DNA of 64,000 nucleotides from an uncultured delta proteobacterium (GTDB lineage: Bacteria; Desulfobacterota; Binatia; UBA9968), in the NCBI GenBank assembly GCA_963760795.1, contig CAVXEP010000013.1:32001-96000 (forward strand). Direction: 5' to 3'. The notes beneath the pieces are model-generated. The model saw only the letters and a list, made by a program, of their open reading frames with translations, did no database searches and was not told the DNA's origin. This document shows, in pieces, positions 20,551 through 31,858 of this stretch (the first letter of the stretch is position 1; each line of letters starts with the position of its first letter). The translations under genes and the position numbers were made by a program.

Positions 20551-21866
20551 TATCCGGCGTATGGAACCGCCTCAAGCGCTCTTTGCTTTCTCCCCAGCCA
20601 CAAACTATTGACCAGCCAAAGAATTGAAATCGGCACAGCGACGATGGATACCCCGGTCATCGCCAAACCGAGCGCGCCCAAGCCGGCATAGGACCATGCG
20701 CCCACCTGATCGCCCAAGCGATACACCACCGTATCGATAAAACTCTTGGCCTTGTACTTATCCTCCCGCGGCACGACGGTGAACAGCACTTCGCGGGTCG
20801 GCCGGGCGAAGGCGAAATTACCGGCGCGGCGAATCACCTGAAAGGCCACCAGCGCAGCGATGGTCGGCGCCCAGGCCAGGGTGCCGAAACCGAAGACGCT
20901 GAGCAACGGCAGCAACGCCAAGGTAAGCGCTACACCGATACGTTTGATCGTTCTGCCTGTGACAAACAGTTGCGCGCCGAGGGTGAGAATATTCACCCAA
21001 AGATCGACGCGCGCAAAAAATGCTGTGCGCGCGCCGCGGTCGGCGAAATATTTCCTGGCGATCTCGGCTTGCTGGAAATAAAGAAACGTCGAGGTAATCG
21101 CGAACAGCAAAAGAAAAATACTGACGTTGATCAGATAGGGCGACTTGAGCGCGTGGGACAAGCCGCTCAGGATCGGACCGCCGATGAGCGACTCGTCGTT
21201 GCGACCTGCAGGCCGTTCGCTCAACGCCGACGACAAACGTGACAAACGTCCGACACAGAAGACCGCGACTTCCAGCAAAATCGCGGAGCCAAGCAGAAGA
21301 TAGGTCGCCGGAACTTGCTTGGCGAGAGCCGCGGTCAAGCTCGAACCGAAGATACCGCCGAGGGTCGCGCCGGCGGCGATGAAGCCGAACAGCCGCTTGC
21401 TCTGCTCGGTGTCGAACACGTCGACCATCAGCGCCCAAAACACCGACACCACGAACAGATTGAAAATCGATGTCCAGATGAAAAACAGCCGGCCGATCCA
21501 GATGCTCTGTTCCCCGGAAGCCATCTGAAAAAGCGCGACAAAACATAAAAGATTGACGGCAAAAAAACGATAGGTGATGCCGATGAATTTGACCCGCGGC
21601 AGCTTTGCCACCAGCGCAGCGAAGGGCGGATTGACCGCGATCATGCCGACCAGCGTGCCGGTGAAAAGCCACTGGAGATTCTCCACCCCGCCGGCCACGC
21701 CCATCTCGTCGCGGATCGGCCGGAGAATATAGTAGGAGATAAAAAGTGAAATGATATACAGCCACGACCAGCCAAGCGCGCGCAACTCGGCCGGCCGGAC
21801 ATCGATCGCTCGCGATAGAAGTCGATGCACAGCGCCATTACCCGTCGATGCGACCGAATCCGTCAC
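20550..21866 (-). CDS. MFS transporter, ATP:ADP antiporter (AAA/NTT)-like
   Basis: YYILRPIRD, FNLFVVSVFW, AFARPTREVLFT, KYKAKSFIDTVVYRLGD. Confidence 0.88.
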   Translation of the reverse strand: MTDSVASTGNGAVHRLLSRAIDVRPAELRALGWSWLYIISLFISYYILRPIRDEMGVAGGVENLQWLFTGTLVGMIAVNPPFAALVAKLPRVKFIGITYRFFAVNLLCFVALFQMASGEQSIWIGRLFFIWTSIFNLFVVSVFWALMVDVFDTEQSKRLFGFIAAGATLGGIFGSSLTAALAKQVPATYLLLGSAILLEVAVFCVGRLSRLSSALSERPAGRNDESLIGGPILSGLSHALKSPYLINVSIFLLLFAITSTFLYFQQAEIARKYFADRGARTAFFARVDLWVNILTLGAQLFVTGRTIKRIGVALTLALLPLLSVFGFGTLAWAPTIAALVAFQVIRRAGNFAFARPTREVLFTVVPREDKYKAKSFIDTVVYRLGDQVGAWSYAGLGALGLAMTGVSIVAVPISILWLVNSLWLGRKQRALEAVPYAG

Positions 21867-21899
21867 TCCTCACACCTCACCACTCGCTCGTAACTTCCC

Positions 21900-22826
21900 C
21901 TAAACGCTATCGATGAACTGCTCCATGCGCTTGCGCATGGCCGCATCCGGCAGCCGGCCGCGCGCCGCGCCGAGATTGTCGACGACATACTCGGCCCGCG
22001 CCATGCCGGGCACGGCGCAAGTGATGGCGGGATGCGAGACGATATATTTCAAAAAGAACTGCGCCCAAGTCGCGCAGTCGAACTCGGCGGCCCACTCCGG
22101 CAACTTCTTCCCCTGCACGGCGTTGAACAGCCGGCCGCGGCCGAACGGCAGATTGATCATCACGCCCATGCCGCGGTCCGGTGCCAGCGGAATAATCCGC
22201 TCGCCGGCGTCGCGGTTGTCCAGCGCGTAATCGACTTGAATGAAGTCGAGGGTTTCTTTCTTCATCACCTGCTCGAATTCGCCGTATTGGTTATCGAACG
22301 ACGTGGTGATGCCGACATAGCGAATCCGCCCCGCCGCTTTCATCTCGCGCAGGGTTTTCAACTGCACGTCGGTGTCGCGCAAGTTATGCACGGCGAGCAG
22401 GTCGATCCGGTTGGTGCGCAGTTTTTTGAAAGACTCGTCGATTTGTTTGATGCCCTCTGCGCGGCCGACGTTGCGCAGGCTCACCTTGGTGGCGAGAAAC
22501 AGCGAGTCGCGGACTTTCAGACCATCGACCAATTCGCCGACGACCGCCTCCGCGGTGCCATAGGATGGCGAGCTATCGATGACCTTCCCTCCCAGCGCTT
22601 GGAACTGGCGGATGGTTTCGCGCAGCGGCGCTTTCTCGCTATCGTTTTTAACTTCTTCATAACGGCGCGCCGTGCCGATACCGATGATGGGGATCGCCTC
22701 ACCCGACGATGGGATTTTTTTCTGAATCAGCGGTTGGCTCTGCGCCGCGACATACTCAGGACGCAGCAGCAACGACGCTCCCAGTCCCAATCCAGCTTTG
22801 ATGACATTCCGACGACTCTGGTCCAT
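21900..22826 (-). CDS. Aldo/keto reductase with Tat signal
   Basis: MDQSRRNVIK Tat motif; IDSSPSYG, FLATK, IDLLAVHN. Confidence 0.9.
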   Translation of the reverse strand: MDQSRRNVIKAGLGLGASLLLRPEYVAAQSQPLIQKKIPSSGEAIPIIGIGTARRYEEVKNDSEKAPLRETIRQFQALGGKVIDSSPSYGTAEAVVGELVDGLKVRDSLFLATKVSLRNVGRAEGIKQIDESFKKLRTNRIDLLAVHNLRDTDVQLKTLREMKAAGRIRYVGITTSFDNQYGEFEQVMKKETLDFIQVDYALDNRDAGERIIPLAPDRGMGVMINLPFGRGRLFNAVQGKKLPEWAAEFDCATWAQFFLKYIVSHPAITCAVPGMARAEYVVDNLGAARGRLPDAAMRKRMEQFIDSV

Positions 22827-22981
22827 AAATGCTCCTTGTCGCTCGACAGCATCATCTAGCACCAGTCGCGCAACCCCACAAGACAATGGCGCGCCGTGTG
22901 TCTTCAGGTTTTCCCCTTGTGCTCGCCGGCCGCCGGCATTAGCATGCGCACATTGCACTCGCATGAGAGGAGATCGCCTGA

Positions 22982-23962
22982 ATGAAAGCCGATCTGAAGC
23001 TCATTGGCGTCCTGGCGGTTCTGGCAGGGTTAATCGGAACTCGACCGGCCATAGGTCAGACTCTCGATAAAGTCCGCTTGGGCAACAGCGGGACCGGCAT
23101 CAACGTTTACCTGCTGGATATCGGCAAGCGCTTAGGCATCTTCCGTAAGCACGGCATCGACCTCGAAGCGATCTATGTGAGCAGCGGCTCGCTGCTCAAC
23201 CAAGCGCTGCTGGCCGGCACCTTCGACATGGTCATGTCGCAGGGCTCGGAAGCGATGATGATGAAACTGCGCGGCGCCGATCTGCGCATCAACGCCGTGG
23301 TCGCCAACCGTTTCAATCACGTCTATCTCAGCGGTCCCTCGATCACTTCGATCAAACAACTCAAAGGCAAACGGGTCGCCGTCAGCCGCTTCGGTTCGGG
23401 CTCCCACTTCCAGACCAACCTCGCGCTCAAGGACGGCGGACTCGATACGGAAAAGGATGTGACAGTTTTGCAAATCGGCAATTCCGCGGCGCGCATGGCA
23501 GCGATCTTAAGCGGCACCGTCGACGGCACGATCATGGCCGCCGACTTCGTACCCAGGGCGAAGAAAGCCGGCTTTAATATTCTCACCGATCTCGCTGAGA
23601 CCAAGATCGAATATCCATTTCTTTCCGTGCATATGCTCGGTAGCTATACCGACCGCAATCTACGCGTCGTCAAAGCCCTGATCAAGGGGATGTCGGAATC
23701 CATCCGCGCGCTGCAGAGCGATCCGGCAATAGCCAAAACGGCGATCCGCGCCGCCCTGCGCACCGATGACCAGGAAACCATCGACTACGCGCTGGCGCGC
23801 GCCGTTCAAGTGCTCGACCGCCGCCCCTTCCCTACTCCCGGCGGCATTCAAACCGTGCTTGACGAGCTCGGCAAAGAGGCTAAAGCCAAAGCGTGGAAGT
23901 TCGACGACTTCGTCGATCTGCGCGCGCTGCGGGAACTGGAGAAAGAAGGATTTTTCAAATAG
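22982..23962 (+). CDS. NitT/TauT substrate-binding protein
   Basis: GIFRKHGIDLE, QLKGKRVAVSRFGSGS, ELEKEGFF. Confidence 0.88.
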   Translation: MKADLKLIGVLAVLAGLIGTRPAIGQTLDKVRLGNSGTGINVYLLDIGKRLGIFRKHGIDLEAIYVSSGSLLNQALLAGTFDMVMSQGSEAMMMKLRGADLRINAVVANRFNHVYLSGPSITSIKQLKGKRVAVSRFGSGSHFQTNLALKDGGLDTEKDVTVLQIGNSAARMAAILSGTVDGTIMAADFVPRAKKAGFNILTDLAETKIEYPFLSVHMLGSYTDRNLRVVKALIKGMSESIRALQSDPAIAKTAIRAALRTDDQETIDYALARAVQVLDRRPFPTPGGIQTVLDELGKEAKAKAWKFDDFVDLRALRELEKEGFFK

Positions 23963-23964
23963 CT

Positions 23965-25681
23965 CTACGGGAAGAACCGCGTGCAACAGCACCAGCGGCG
24001 CGTCGCCTTCAGGCCCCCTGCCGCGGCTCCGAAGCAACGGGGGCGTCAATTGAGGTTGCGCTTGCTGAAGTCTGTTCCACACTTTCTCGGTGGTGATGAT
24101 GTAGCCGTCGCCGTCAGCGATCTGCGCCACGGTGGAATCCACGGGCCGTTCGGCAACCTCAACTGCCCCGCCGCGATAGAACACCACGGCATCGCCATTA
24201 AAGCCACCGTACAAAACCAACTTGTCCGCTGGTTGCACCAGACGGTTCACTTCGACCATGAAGTCACGATAGCTCTTGGTCTCGGCGATCTTCACTTCCA
24301 CCAAGCCTCGGCTCAAAAACGCGAAAATAATCGATAGCGCCACCAACGAGCCGCCGGCCGCGATCATGCGGCCGCGCCACAGGTAATAGCCGAACAGCGA
24401 CCAGAGACGCGGCCCAGGCCAGCGCGACGGCATCGAACTTCCAGCCCCAACCGGCGATCTGATTGACGATGACGAGAAAGTTAGCACGGTCTTTGGGCTT
24501 GAGCAATTTTCTCGATGGGCTCGAACAACCAGGCCGGATCATGAGTCCATAAATCGCCCAGCGCGATAATTAGCAGGATCAAGGCCGTGATCGCAGCAAC
24601 GCCGGAAATCAGCCGGAGAAACCAAGTTCGAACAACATCAAACTTCGCCTGGCGATGAACCCACACGGCCAAGAGCAGCGCCAAGGCCGGATAGATCGGC
24701 AACAGATAAACCGCCCGTTTGCCCGACGACAGCGAGAAAAACAGCAGCATGACGCCGAACCAAGTTTGGAAAAACAGCACATCATCATTGTCGTCGCCAC
24801 GAGTTCTTGCGCCAGTCCCAAAACATAAACGGATAGAACAATCCCCAAGGCGCCGCGAGACTGAAGAGATAAGACAAATAGTAATAAACTGGATGGCTGT
24901 GGCCGGAGCCGCCAACAAAGCGTCGCAGATTTTCCGACAGCAGTTGGCGATCGACAAATCCCTCGCCGCCCCGGCTAATCGCCATGCCATACCAGCCGAC
25001 GACCAGAAGTAATGCGATCAGCACGCCGGGATGAAAGGCGAATTTGAAAAACATTTTCCAATTGCGTTTGATGGCGAGGAAGACCGCGATCACCAGCCCC
25101 GGCAAAACAATCCCCAACGGCCCTTTGGAAAGAGTCGCCAAACCCACCAGCAGGTACATCGCATAGGGCCACAGCGGATGGCGCAAGAAACCGCGGTAAA
25201 TGGCGTAGAACAGGATCAAACTCAGCGTGACGAAGAAACACAAGGTCATATCGACGCGGGCATTGACCGCCTGGGTTTGATAGATCATCGTCGTCGCCAG
25301 GATCGCGCCGCCCAACAAGCCGACCTGCGCACCGAACAGGTTGGCGCCGAGTAGATAGAGAAAAACCACGCCGAGAGTCGCGTACAGCGCAGACGGGAAA
25401 CGGATCGTCGCTTCGTCGAGCACACCGGTAATCTGATAGGTCAGCGCCGCCGACCAATGAAACATCGGCGGTTTGGACGGTATCGCGGTGGCGCGCTTGA
25501 GCGGAAACAGCCACTCGCCGCGCTGGACAATATCCTGCACGGCCAAAGCCTCGCGCGGCTCGCCTTTGTCGAACATCGGCGTGCTGCCGAGGTAAGGAAA
25601 GTACAGGACGCCGCAGAGCGCCAGCAGGAGAACTATATGAAAGAAGGAATAGGATCGATCCGACGCCGGTACTGCCATCAC
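23965..25681 (-). CDS. ArnT-like glycosyltransferase family 39 (several frameshifts; 3' end approximate)
   Basis: DKGEPREA, KPPMFHW, KGPLG, HPVYYY, FFSLSSGKRAVYLLPIYPALA across frames. Confidence 0.85.
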
Positions 25682-25792
25682 CTCAGTTAGATAACCTTTT
25701 CACCGGAGTTGTTAAAGAGAAGCGTGACGGGAAAAGGAAGGGTCGGCATCCCGGCAAATTCGTCGGCATTGTCCTCGATTGAAAGGATTTCT

Positions 25793-25875
25793 TTCACCCC
25801 GAAGGACACGAAGAGCACCAAGTGTCAGGGATTTGTTTATCCGAACCGTTCGTGTCTTCGTGCGCTTCGTGGTGA
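25793..25875. repeat. CACGAAG/CTTCGTG palindromic repeat
   Basis: ttcaccccgaaggacacgaagagcac...cttcgtgcgcttcgtggtga. Confidence 0.8.
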
Positions 25876-25924
25876 CAATTACGAAAGCATATTGCCGCAG
25901 GTTAGCGCCTGAGAATAGGAACGC

Positions 25925-26896
25925 TTATTTTTTCGTCAGCGCATCCGGATTCAACACATGGCTCGGCTTGCCGGCGGCGAAGCTGACGAGGTCGTCAACG
26001 ACCGTGGCGTAATACTCTTCATAACTTTCACGGGTGACATAACCCAAATGCGGCGTGCAGGTGACGTTGGCCATTTTGACCAATGGCTCGTCCGCGCCAA
26101 CCGGCTCTTTATCGTAAACGTCGACGGCGGCGAAGCCCGGCCGGCCGGCCTTCAACGCCTCGACCAACGCGCCCTTGGCGATCAACCCGGAACGGCTCGC
26201 GTTGACGAGCAACGCGCTCGGCTTCATGCGGGCTAAATCATTACTGGTAATGATGCCGCGGGTGTCCTTGTTGAGCGGCAGATGAAAGCTCACGATATCC
26301 ACTTCGGCGAAGAACTCCTCGCGGCTCTTGGCGACTTCGAACCCAGCGGCTTTCGCTCGGCCTGTCGAACCTTCGCGCCCCCAGCAAACCACCCGCGCGC
26401 CGAAGGCTTTGCCCACCCCGGCAACGATACTGCCGATCTTGCCGTAGGCGTAAATGCCGATGGTCTTGCCACTGACGCCGATACCCAACGTCGACTGCCA
26501 GCCGCCGTTCTTCAAGCTGGTCACTTCACGCGGCAAACTGCGCAGCGACGACAGAATCAATCCCCAAGTAAGCTCCGCCGTCGCGTTGGGATTGCCCGAG
26601 CCGCCGGCCGACACGACGATCCCCTTCTCGGTGCACGCTTCGAGATCGACATGGGTCGCCGCCCGGCCGGTTTGACCGATCAGCTTGAGCTTGGGTAATT
26701 TCTCGACCAACTCACGCGGAAAATAGGAACGCTGCTGGGTCAGCACCACGGCATCGGCGTCTTTCAATTTCGTCGCCAAACTCGCCACATCGTTGGCGGT
26801 GTCCGTGAATACCACCACGTCATGACCGGCCAGCTTGGGAAAACATTTCAAAGTTTTAAAAGCATTCTGATAATCATCGATCACAGCAATTTTCAT
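25925..26896 (-). CDS. D-2-hydroxyacid dehydrogenase family protein
   Basis: MKIAVIDDYQ, YGKIG, LVNASR, TPHLGY. Confidence 0.92.
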   Translation of the reverse strand: MKIAVIDDYQNAFKTLKCFPKLAGHDVVVFTDTANDVASLATKLKDADAVVLTQQRSYFPRELVEKLPKLKLIGQTGRAATHVDLEACTEKGIVVSAGGSGNPNATAELTWGLILSSLRSLPREVTSLKNGGWQSTLGIGVSGKTIGIYAYGKIGSIVAGVGKAFGARVVCWGREGSTGRAKAAGFEVAKSREEFFAEVDIVSFHLPLNKDTRGIITSNDLARMKPSALLVNASRSGLIAKGALVEALKAGRPGFAAVDVYDKEPVGADEPLVKMANVTCTPHLGYVTRESYEEYYATVVDDLVSFAAGKPSHVLNPDALTKK

Positions 26897-26960
26897 TTTA
26901 CTCTCCCTTTTTTGCGCCCTTTGCGTTCTTTGCGGCCAATTTTCTTTCTCCCAGCATTTC

Positions 26961-28005
26961 TTACATGTCACCCAGTCCATACAACCGACGCGGGTTTTCC
27001 GAAAGGATCTGCCGAGTTGTCGCTTCGGATAAATCCTCGCGGCCGATGAACTTATCGAGATCGCCGGAGAATTGATCCCAAGGTTTCTCATGGGGAAAAT
27101 CCGACGGCCAGATCAACTGCGTGCTGCCCATGAGCGACGCCACCGAGCTCAGCGTCGACTCGCCGACTTCACAGGAATAATAGAGGTTACCGCCGCGCAT
27201 GATCTCCTTGGGCGAGCGCGCCGGTTTATGCGGCCAGCGATTGGTGCGGTGCTCGAAACTCTCTTCGAGGCGGTCCATCAGATAGGGCACCCAGCCGCAG
27301 CCCGATTCGAGAAACACCACGCGCAGTTTGGGAAAGCGTTCGAACACGCCGTGAATCATCATGCTGGTCAACTGCTGCATCTGCGCGAACGGATGGCTCA
27401 GCGGGTAGACGCCGGCGAAACTGGTGAAAGTGATCCAAACCCAGCTCCGCCGCCGAACCGGCATGGACGCCGAGCGGCACGTTCAAGCGCTCGGCCGCGG
27501 CGAAGATTGGATCGAACTGCGGCAGTCCGTAGCCGCGCATGGGATTCATCACCGCCGCCAGCATGCCGCCGACCATGCCCAAGTCGCGCACGCAGCGTTC
27601 TAGTTCTTTGGCGGCTTCTTGCGGCTCTTGAATCGCCAACAGCGCCACGCCTTTGAAACGCGGATTGACGCGGAGAAAATACTGGTGCAGCCAATCGTTG
27701 TACGCCCGCGCCATGATCACCGCCCAATCGGCATCGTGGATCAGGCCGATGCTCAATCCGGCGCTGGTATAAAGCACGGTGGTCGAAATGCCGCAGTGAT
27801 CGAGAAACTTGATCCAGCGCTCGGCATCCGGGTGCTCGCGCTGGCGCGGCGACAGCGCGCCGCGCATCCAACCATCGCGCGGAAACAACACGTACTCGCG
27901 CTTGCCGTCTTCCTTCTGAAACGCCCCCGGCAAAAACTCCCGCAGTTGCTTAATGTCTTCGATGACATGGCCGTCGGCATCGATGACTGGAAATTCTCTC
28001 TTCAC
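26961..28005 (-). CDS. Amidohydrolase_2 family protein (frameshifts ~27420, ~27050)
   Basis: IDADGH, GVFERFPKLRVVFLESGCGW, SDFPHE. Confidence 0.88.
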
Positions 28006-28041
28006 GGTGGTGTCTCCTTATGAATGAATGCACAAGTCGTG

Positions 28042-28120
28042 TTCACCACGAAGGACACGAAGAGCACGAAGTTCGGATAACTTTCCGAACTTCGTGCTCT
28101 TCGTGATCCTTCGTGGTGAA
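28042..28120. repeat. Near-perfect palindrome of the CACGAAG family (~36-bp arms)
   Basis: ttcaccacgaaggacacgaagagcacgaagttcgga-taactt-tccgaacttcgtgctcttcgtgatccttcgtggtgaa. Confidence 0.9.
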
Positions 28121-28160
28121 AGAACTTTTCCGAACTTTGCGCCCTTTGCGTTCTTTGCGG

Positions 28161-29076
28161 CTAACTTCCCTTCTTCAACTCCGCGACGTAATCGCGCAGG
28201 CCGGCTTCCAACTTGTACTCGGGACTGTAGCCCAACTCTGTCTGCGCTCTGCGTGATATCCATGCGCGGCCGCGCCGGCGTCAGTTTGCCGCGCTGCATA
28301 TTAACGCCGGGGAAAATCGCTTTGAGCGCGGACTCGACATCTTCCACCGTCGTCAACCGGCCGCTGCCCAAGTTGAAAACATTATGCGGCAGCGGCGAAG
28401 TATGCACGGCCAAAGCAATGCCGTTTGCCAGGTCCTTGGCATAAATGAAATCGACGGTCTCGTAAACATTGAGCGTCACCGGCTTGCCGGCCATGGCATC
28501 CCACACCGCTTGCTGCACCGCCACCCCCGGGCCGCCGGCGACCGAATAGTAACCGTAGACGCCGGCGAAGCGCAGCAGCGCCAACTCGATTTTATGCTTT
28601 GCCGAATAGGTGCGCAGCACATGTTCGCAACCGATCTTCGACGCGTTGTAAACCCGCTCGCGGCAATCGATCGGCGAGTCCTCGCGCAGCAACTCTTTGG
28701 GATCTTCGCCGGCATAGACCGCCTGGGTGCTGGCATGGACGAGCCTGCGCACGCCGGCCAAGCGCACCGCCTCCGCGACGTTGATCGCGGCGACTAGATT
28801 TACTTGAAAGCCCGTATAGACGTTGTTGATATTGGCCTCGCCCACGGACGCGGCCAGGTGAATCACGCACTCCGGCCGCACGGTCTGAAACGCATCCACC
28901 AGCGCCGCCAGATCGCGGATGTCGCCGCGCAGCACCGGCAGATCCTTGCCGGTCACCTGGCGGATATAATCCGGCCGCGGCGCGAAATCGAAAAACGTCA
29001 CCTCATCGCCGCGGTCGATTAATTCCTTCGCAGTGTGGGTGCCGATCAGGCCGGCGCCGGTTATGAGTACGCGCAT
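28161..29076 (-). CDS. NAD-dependent epimerase/dehydratase (extended SDR; frameshift ~28245)
   Basis: TGAGLIG, HLAA, YNASK; corrected C-terminus [10 protein letters not shown]. Confidence 0.88.
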
Positions 29077-29102
29077 CGCTAACCTCCAATTTAAATAATG
29101 CC

Positions 29103-29187
29103 CGTTCAAGGTTCAAAAGTTCAAGAGTTCAAGGTTCGGACTCCGGATTCTTCACCTTGAACTCTTTACTCCTTGAACCCTTGAACG
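29103..29187. repeat. Inverted GTTCAA/TTGAAC array
   Basis: gttcaaggttcaaaagttcaagagttcaag...ccttgaacccttgaac. Confidence 0.8.
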
Positions 29188-29192
29188 TTCAG

Positions 29193-30244
29193 TTATCCAG
29201 CCAACCTTTAAGCTTATAAAACCGCCGCGGGATTATCGAAAAGTATCTGCTTCGGCAGCGCCTCCGGCAAATCTTTGCGGTTCACCAGCGTATCGATGTC
29301 ACCGCTGAACTCATCCCAGGGGCGTTCGTGGGGGAAATCGGACGCCCACAGTAATTGCCCCGCGCCGACTATTTCAGCCACCGTCGCCAAGAGTGCGCTC
29401 TTCCCGTTCGCAGGCGTAGTACAGATTGCCGCCGCTCATGATTTCGCTCGGCGATTGCTTGGTCGGGTGCGGCCAGCGCTTGCGCCGGTGCTCCCAGCTC
29501 TCGTCCAAGCGGTCGGCCATATACGGCACCCAGCCGCAGCCCGACTCGAGATAGGCGACGCGCAGCTTGGGGAAGCGCTCGAACACGCCGTAGATCATCA
29601 TGCTGGTGATTTGCTGCATCTGCGCGAACGGATGACTGAGCGGATAGACACCGGCAAAGGACTGCATATGATCCAAGCCCCAGCTCCACCGCCGGCCCGC
29701 TATGCACGGCCAGCGGCACATCGAGCTTCTCAGCCATTTGGTAAATCGGATCGAACTCCGGCAATCCCAGTCCCTTCATCGGACTCATCACCCCCGGCAA
29801 CATGCCGGCGACCATGCCGAGATCGCGCACCGCGCGTTCCAACTCTCTTGCCGCTTCTTGCGGATCCTGCGGCGCCAACAGCGCCACGCCTTGAAAGCGC
29901 GGGCTCACGCTCAAGAAATCATGATGCAGCCAGTCGTTATACGCCCGCGCCAAACCGACGGCCCAATCGCCATCGCGCTGCAGGCCGATGTTCAAGCCTT
30001 CGTTGGGATAAAGAACTGTGAGCGCGATCTCCGTCGCATCGAGAAAGCGCAGCCATAACTCGACGCTCGGATGCTCGCGTTTCGTCGGCGACAATGCACC
30101 GCGCGCCCAACCATCCCAGGAAAACAATGGATACTCGCGCTTCCCCGGCACGGCGCGAAACTCGGGCGGGAGAAATTCCCTCAGCTCGTGATCCTTTTCC
30201 AGAATGTGACCGTCGGCATCGATGACCGGGAAAGATCGTTTCAT
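29193..30244 (-). CDS. Amidohydrolase_2 family protein, paralog of 26961..28005 (frameshifts)
   Basis: IDADGH, AGVYPLSHPFAQMQQ, ASDFPHE. Confidence 0.88.
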
Positions 30245-30379
30245 GGCTTCTTCTCCGAAAAGATTCTACTTCGCAAGAAATACAAAATGGCGCTCCACTG
30301 CTCTTCTACTACCGCGCAGTTGATTTCGTCAACATGAGCGCGCGGAAACTGCGCTGATGAATTCTTGAGAACTCATGTC

Positions 30380-31010
30380 AGCCCTAACGGGAAAAGAGTG
30401 GTCTTCGTTAGTCGGCGGAATCTGCCAGGATGAAAAAGTTGACAAGTCATCCTTTTAACAATACAAACTGGACATTGTTATCGAAATCTAGCTTGGCTAA
30501 TTGGAAGACTCGAGTACTCACTCGTTATGGCTTCAGAACGATCTGGACGAAGAATCTTGAGCACCAGACGCGTAGGATCACTCGTGGTCGACCGAGCATT
30601 CGGACGACAAGAATACTGATCTCACGCTCAGCCGCACACATCCAGCGTTGTTGTGCTTATCTCGAGACGCTCGATTGCTAACAACACCACCATACGACGG
30701 CAATCTAGGGCGTGCTGCCTGTGCGCGCTTTACGCTGCTCTTGACCACCGCAGCGGGCACGGACGGTCTCGGCTCATGGCAGCGTTCGTTATGCGCTCAA
30801 CGACACCTGATGGACATTCGCCTCAGTCGATACTGTAATATTGTCGCACTCCGCGAGACCACGTGCATGAGCACAGTTACATGGCCGCGTGGTACTTCTC
30901 GGACAGAACAAGTACGGCATCAGACTCCGACTGCGATTCTTGCGATACGTCACCAACGAAACGTCTAACTATGCGCTGAACCCGTCATCGCGCGCCGGTT
31001 ACAACCACGC
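30380..31010 (+). mobile_element. Possible degraded integron cassettes / attC-like sites
   Basis: Core-like GTTAGTC (30407) and GTTATGC (30788); ORF 30810..30968 stops inside GTCTAAC followed by tatgcgctgaacccg. Confidence 0.35.
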
Positions 31011-31090
31011 TCCCCGTCGCGAGCAAGCTCGCCGAGCTTGGGTCTCCGAAGAATGAGCAGAAGCAAGATTACATAGAGGAGGAACTCACA

Positions 31091-31669
31091 ATGGCACAAT
31101 CAATTTCCATACATCCAGCGGTGGATCAGGGCGTGAAACCCGCGGCGGCGAACTTCGCCGGCGGCACTTTACTCTGTCGCTGCGCCGACAAGAAAGTGGC
31201 GGTCTCGATCAAAGGCCAATGCGCCCACAACCACGTCTGCGGCTGCACCAAATGTTGGAAGCCGGCCGGCGCGCTGTTCTCCCAGGTCGCCGTCGTCAGC
31301 CGCGATAATCTCACCGTGACGGCCAATGGCGACAAGCTAAAAGTCGTCGACGCCAACGCCGCGATCAAACGCCACGCATGCAGCGGCTGCGGCGTGCACA
31401 TGTACGGCCGCATCGATAACACGAAGCATCCGTTCTACGGCTTCGACTTCTTCCACACGGAATTGTCGTCAGAGTCCGGTTGGGCGCCGCCGGAATTCGC
31501 CGCTTTTGTCTCATCGATCATCGAGTCCGGCGCCGATCCCGCCAACATGGGCGCCGTGAGAGCAAGACTGAAAGAATTGAAGCTGGAACCGTACGATTGC
31601 TTGTCACCGGCACTGATGGACGCCATCGCTACCCATGCGGCAAAAGCATCGGGGGTGCTCAGTCGTTAA
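31091..31669 (+). CDS. gfa: S-(hydroxymethyl)glutathione synthase (glutathione-dependent formaldehyde-activating enzyme)
   Basis: [39 protein letters not shown]; strong RBS. Confidence 0.95.
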   Translation: MAQSISIHPAVDQGVKPAAANFAGGTLLCRCADKKVAVSIKGQCAHNHVCGCTKCWKPAGALFSQVAVVSRDNLTVTANGDKLKVVDANAAIKRHACSGCGVHMYGRIDNTKHPFYGFDFFHTELSSESGWAPPEFAAFVSSIIESGADPANMGAVRARLKELKLEPYDCLSPALMDAIATHAAKASGVLSR

Positions 31670-31732
31670 CGCTAGCAACAACGGTTCTTCAGGTTTTGGC
31701 TGGATGATGTATTACGTTCAGCTTGTTTTGTG

Positions 31733-31796
31733 CACCACGAAGGGTTCGGATGACCAAAACTCCGAACTTCGTGCACTTCGTGTTCTTCGTGGTGAA
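31733..31796. repeat. CACGAAG/CTTCGTG palindromic repeat
   Basis: caccacgaagggttcgga...tccgaacttcgtgcacttcgtgttcttcgtggtgaa. Confidence 0.8.
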
Positions 31797-31858
31797 AAGT
31801 CTTCACTATGGACCCGGACGAGCATTCTTCAGAGTTCGACGAATGTGAGGATGCCGCC

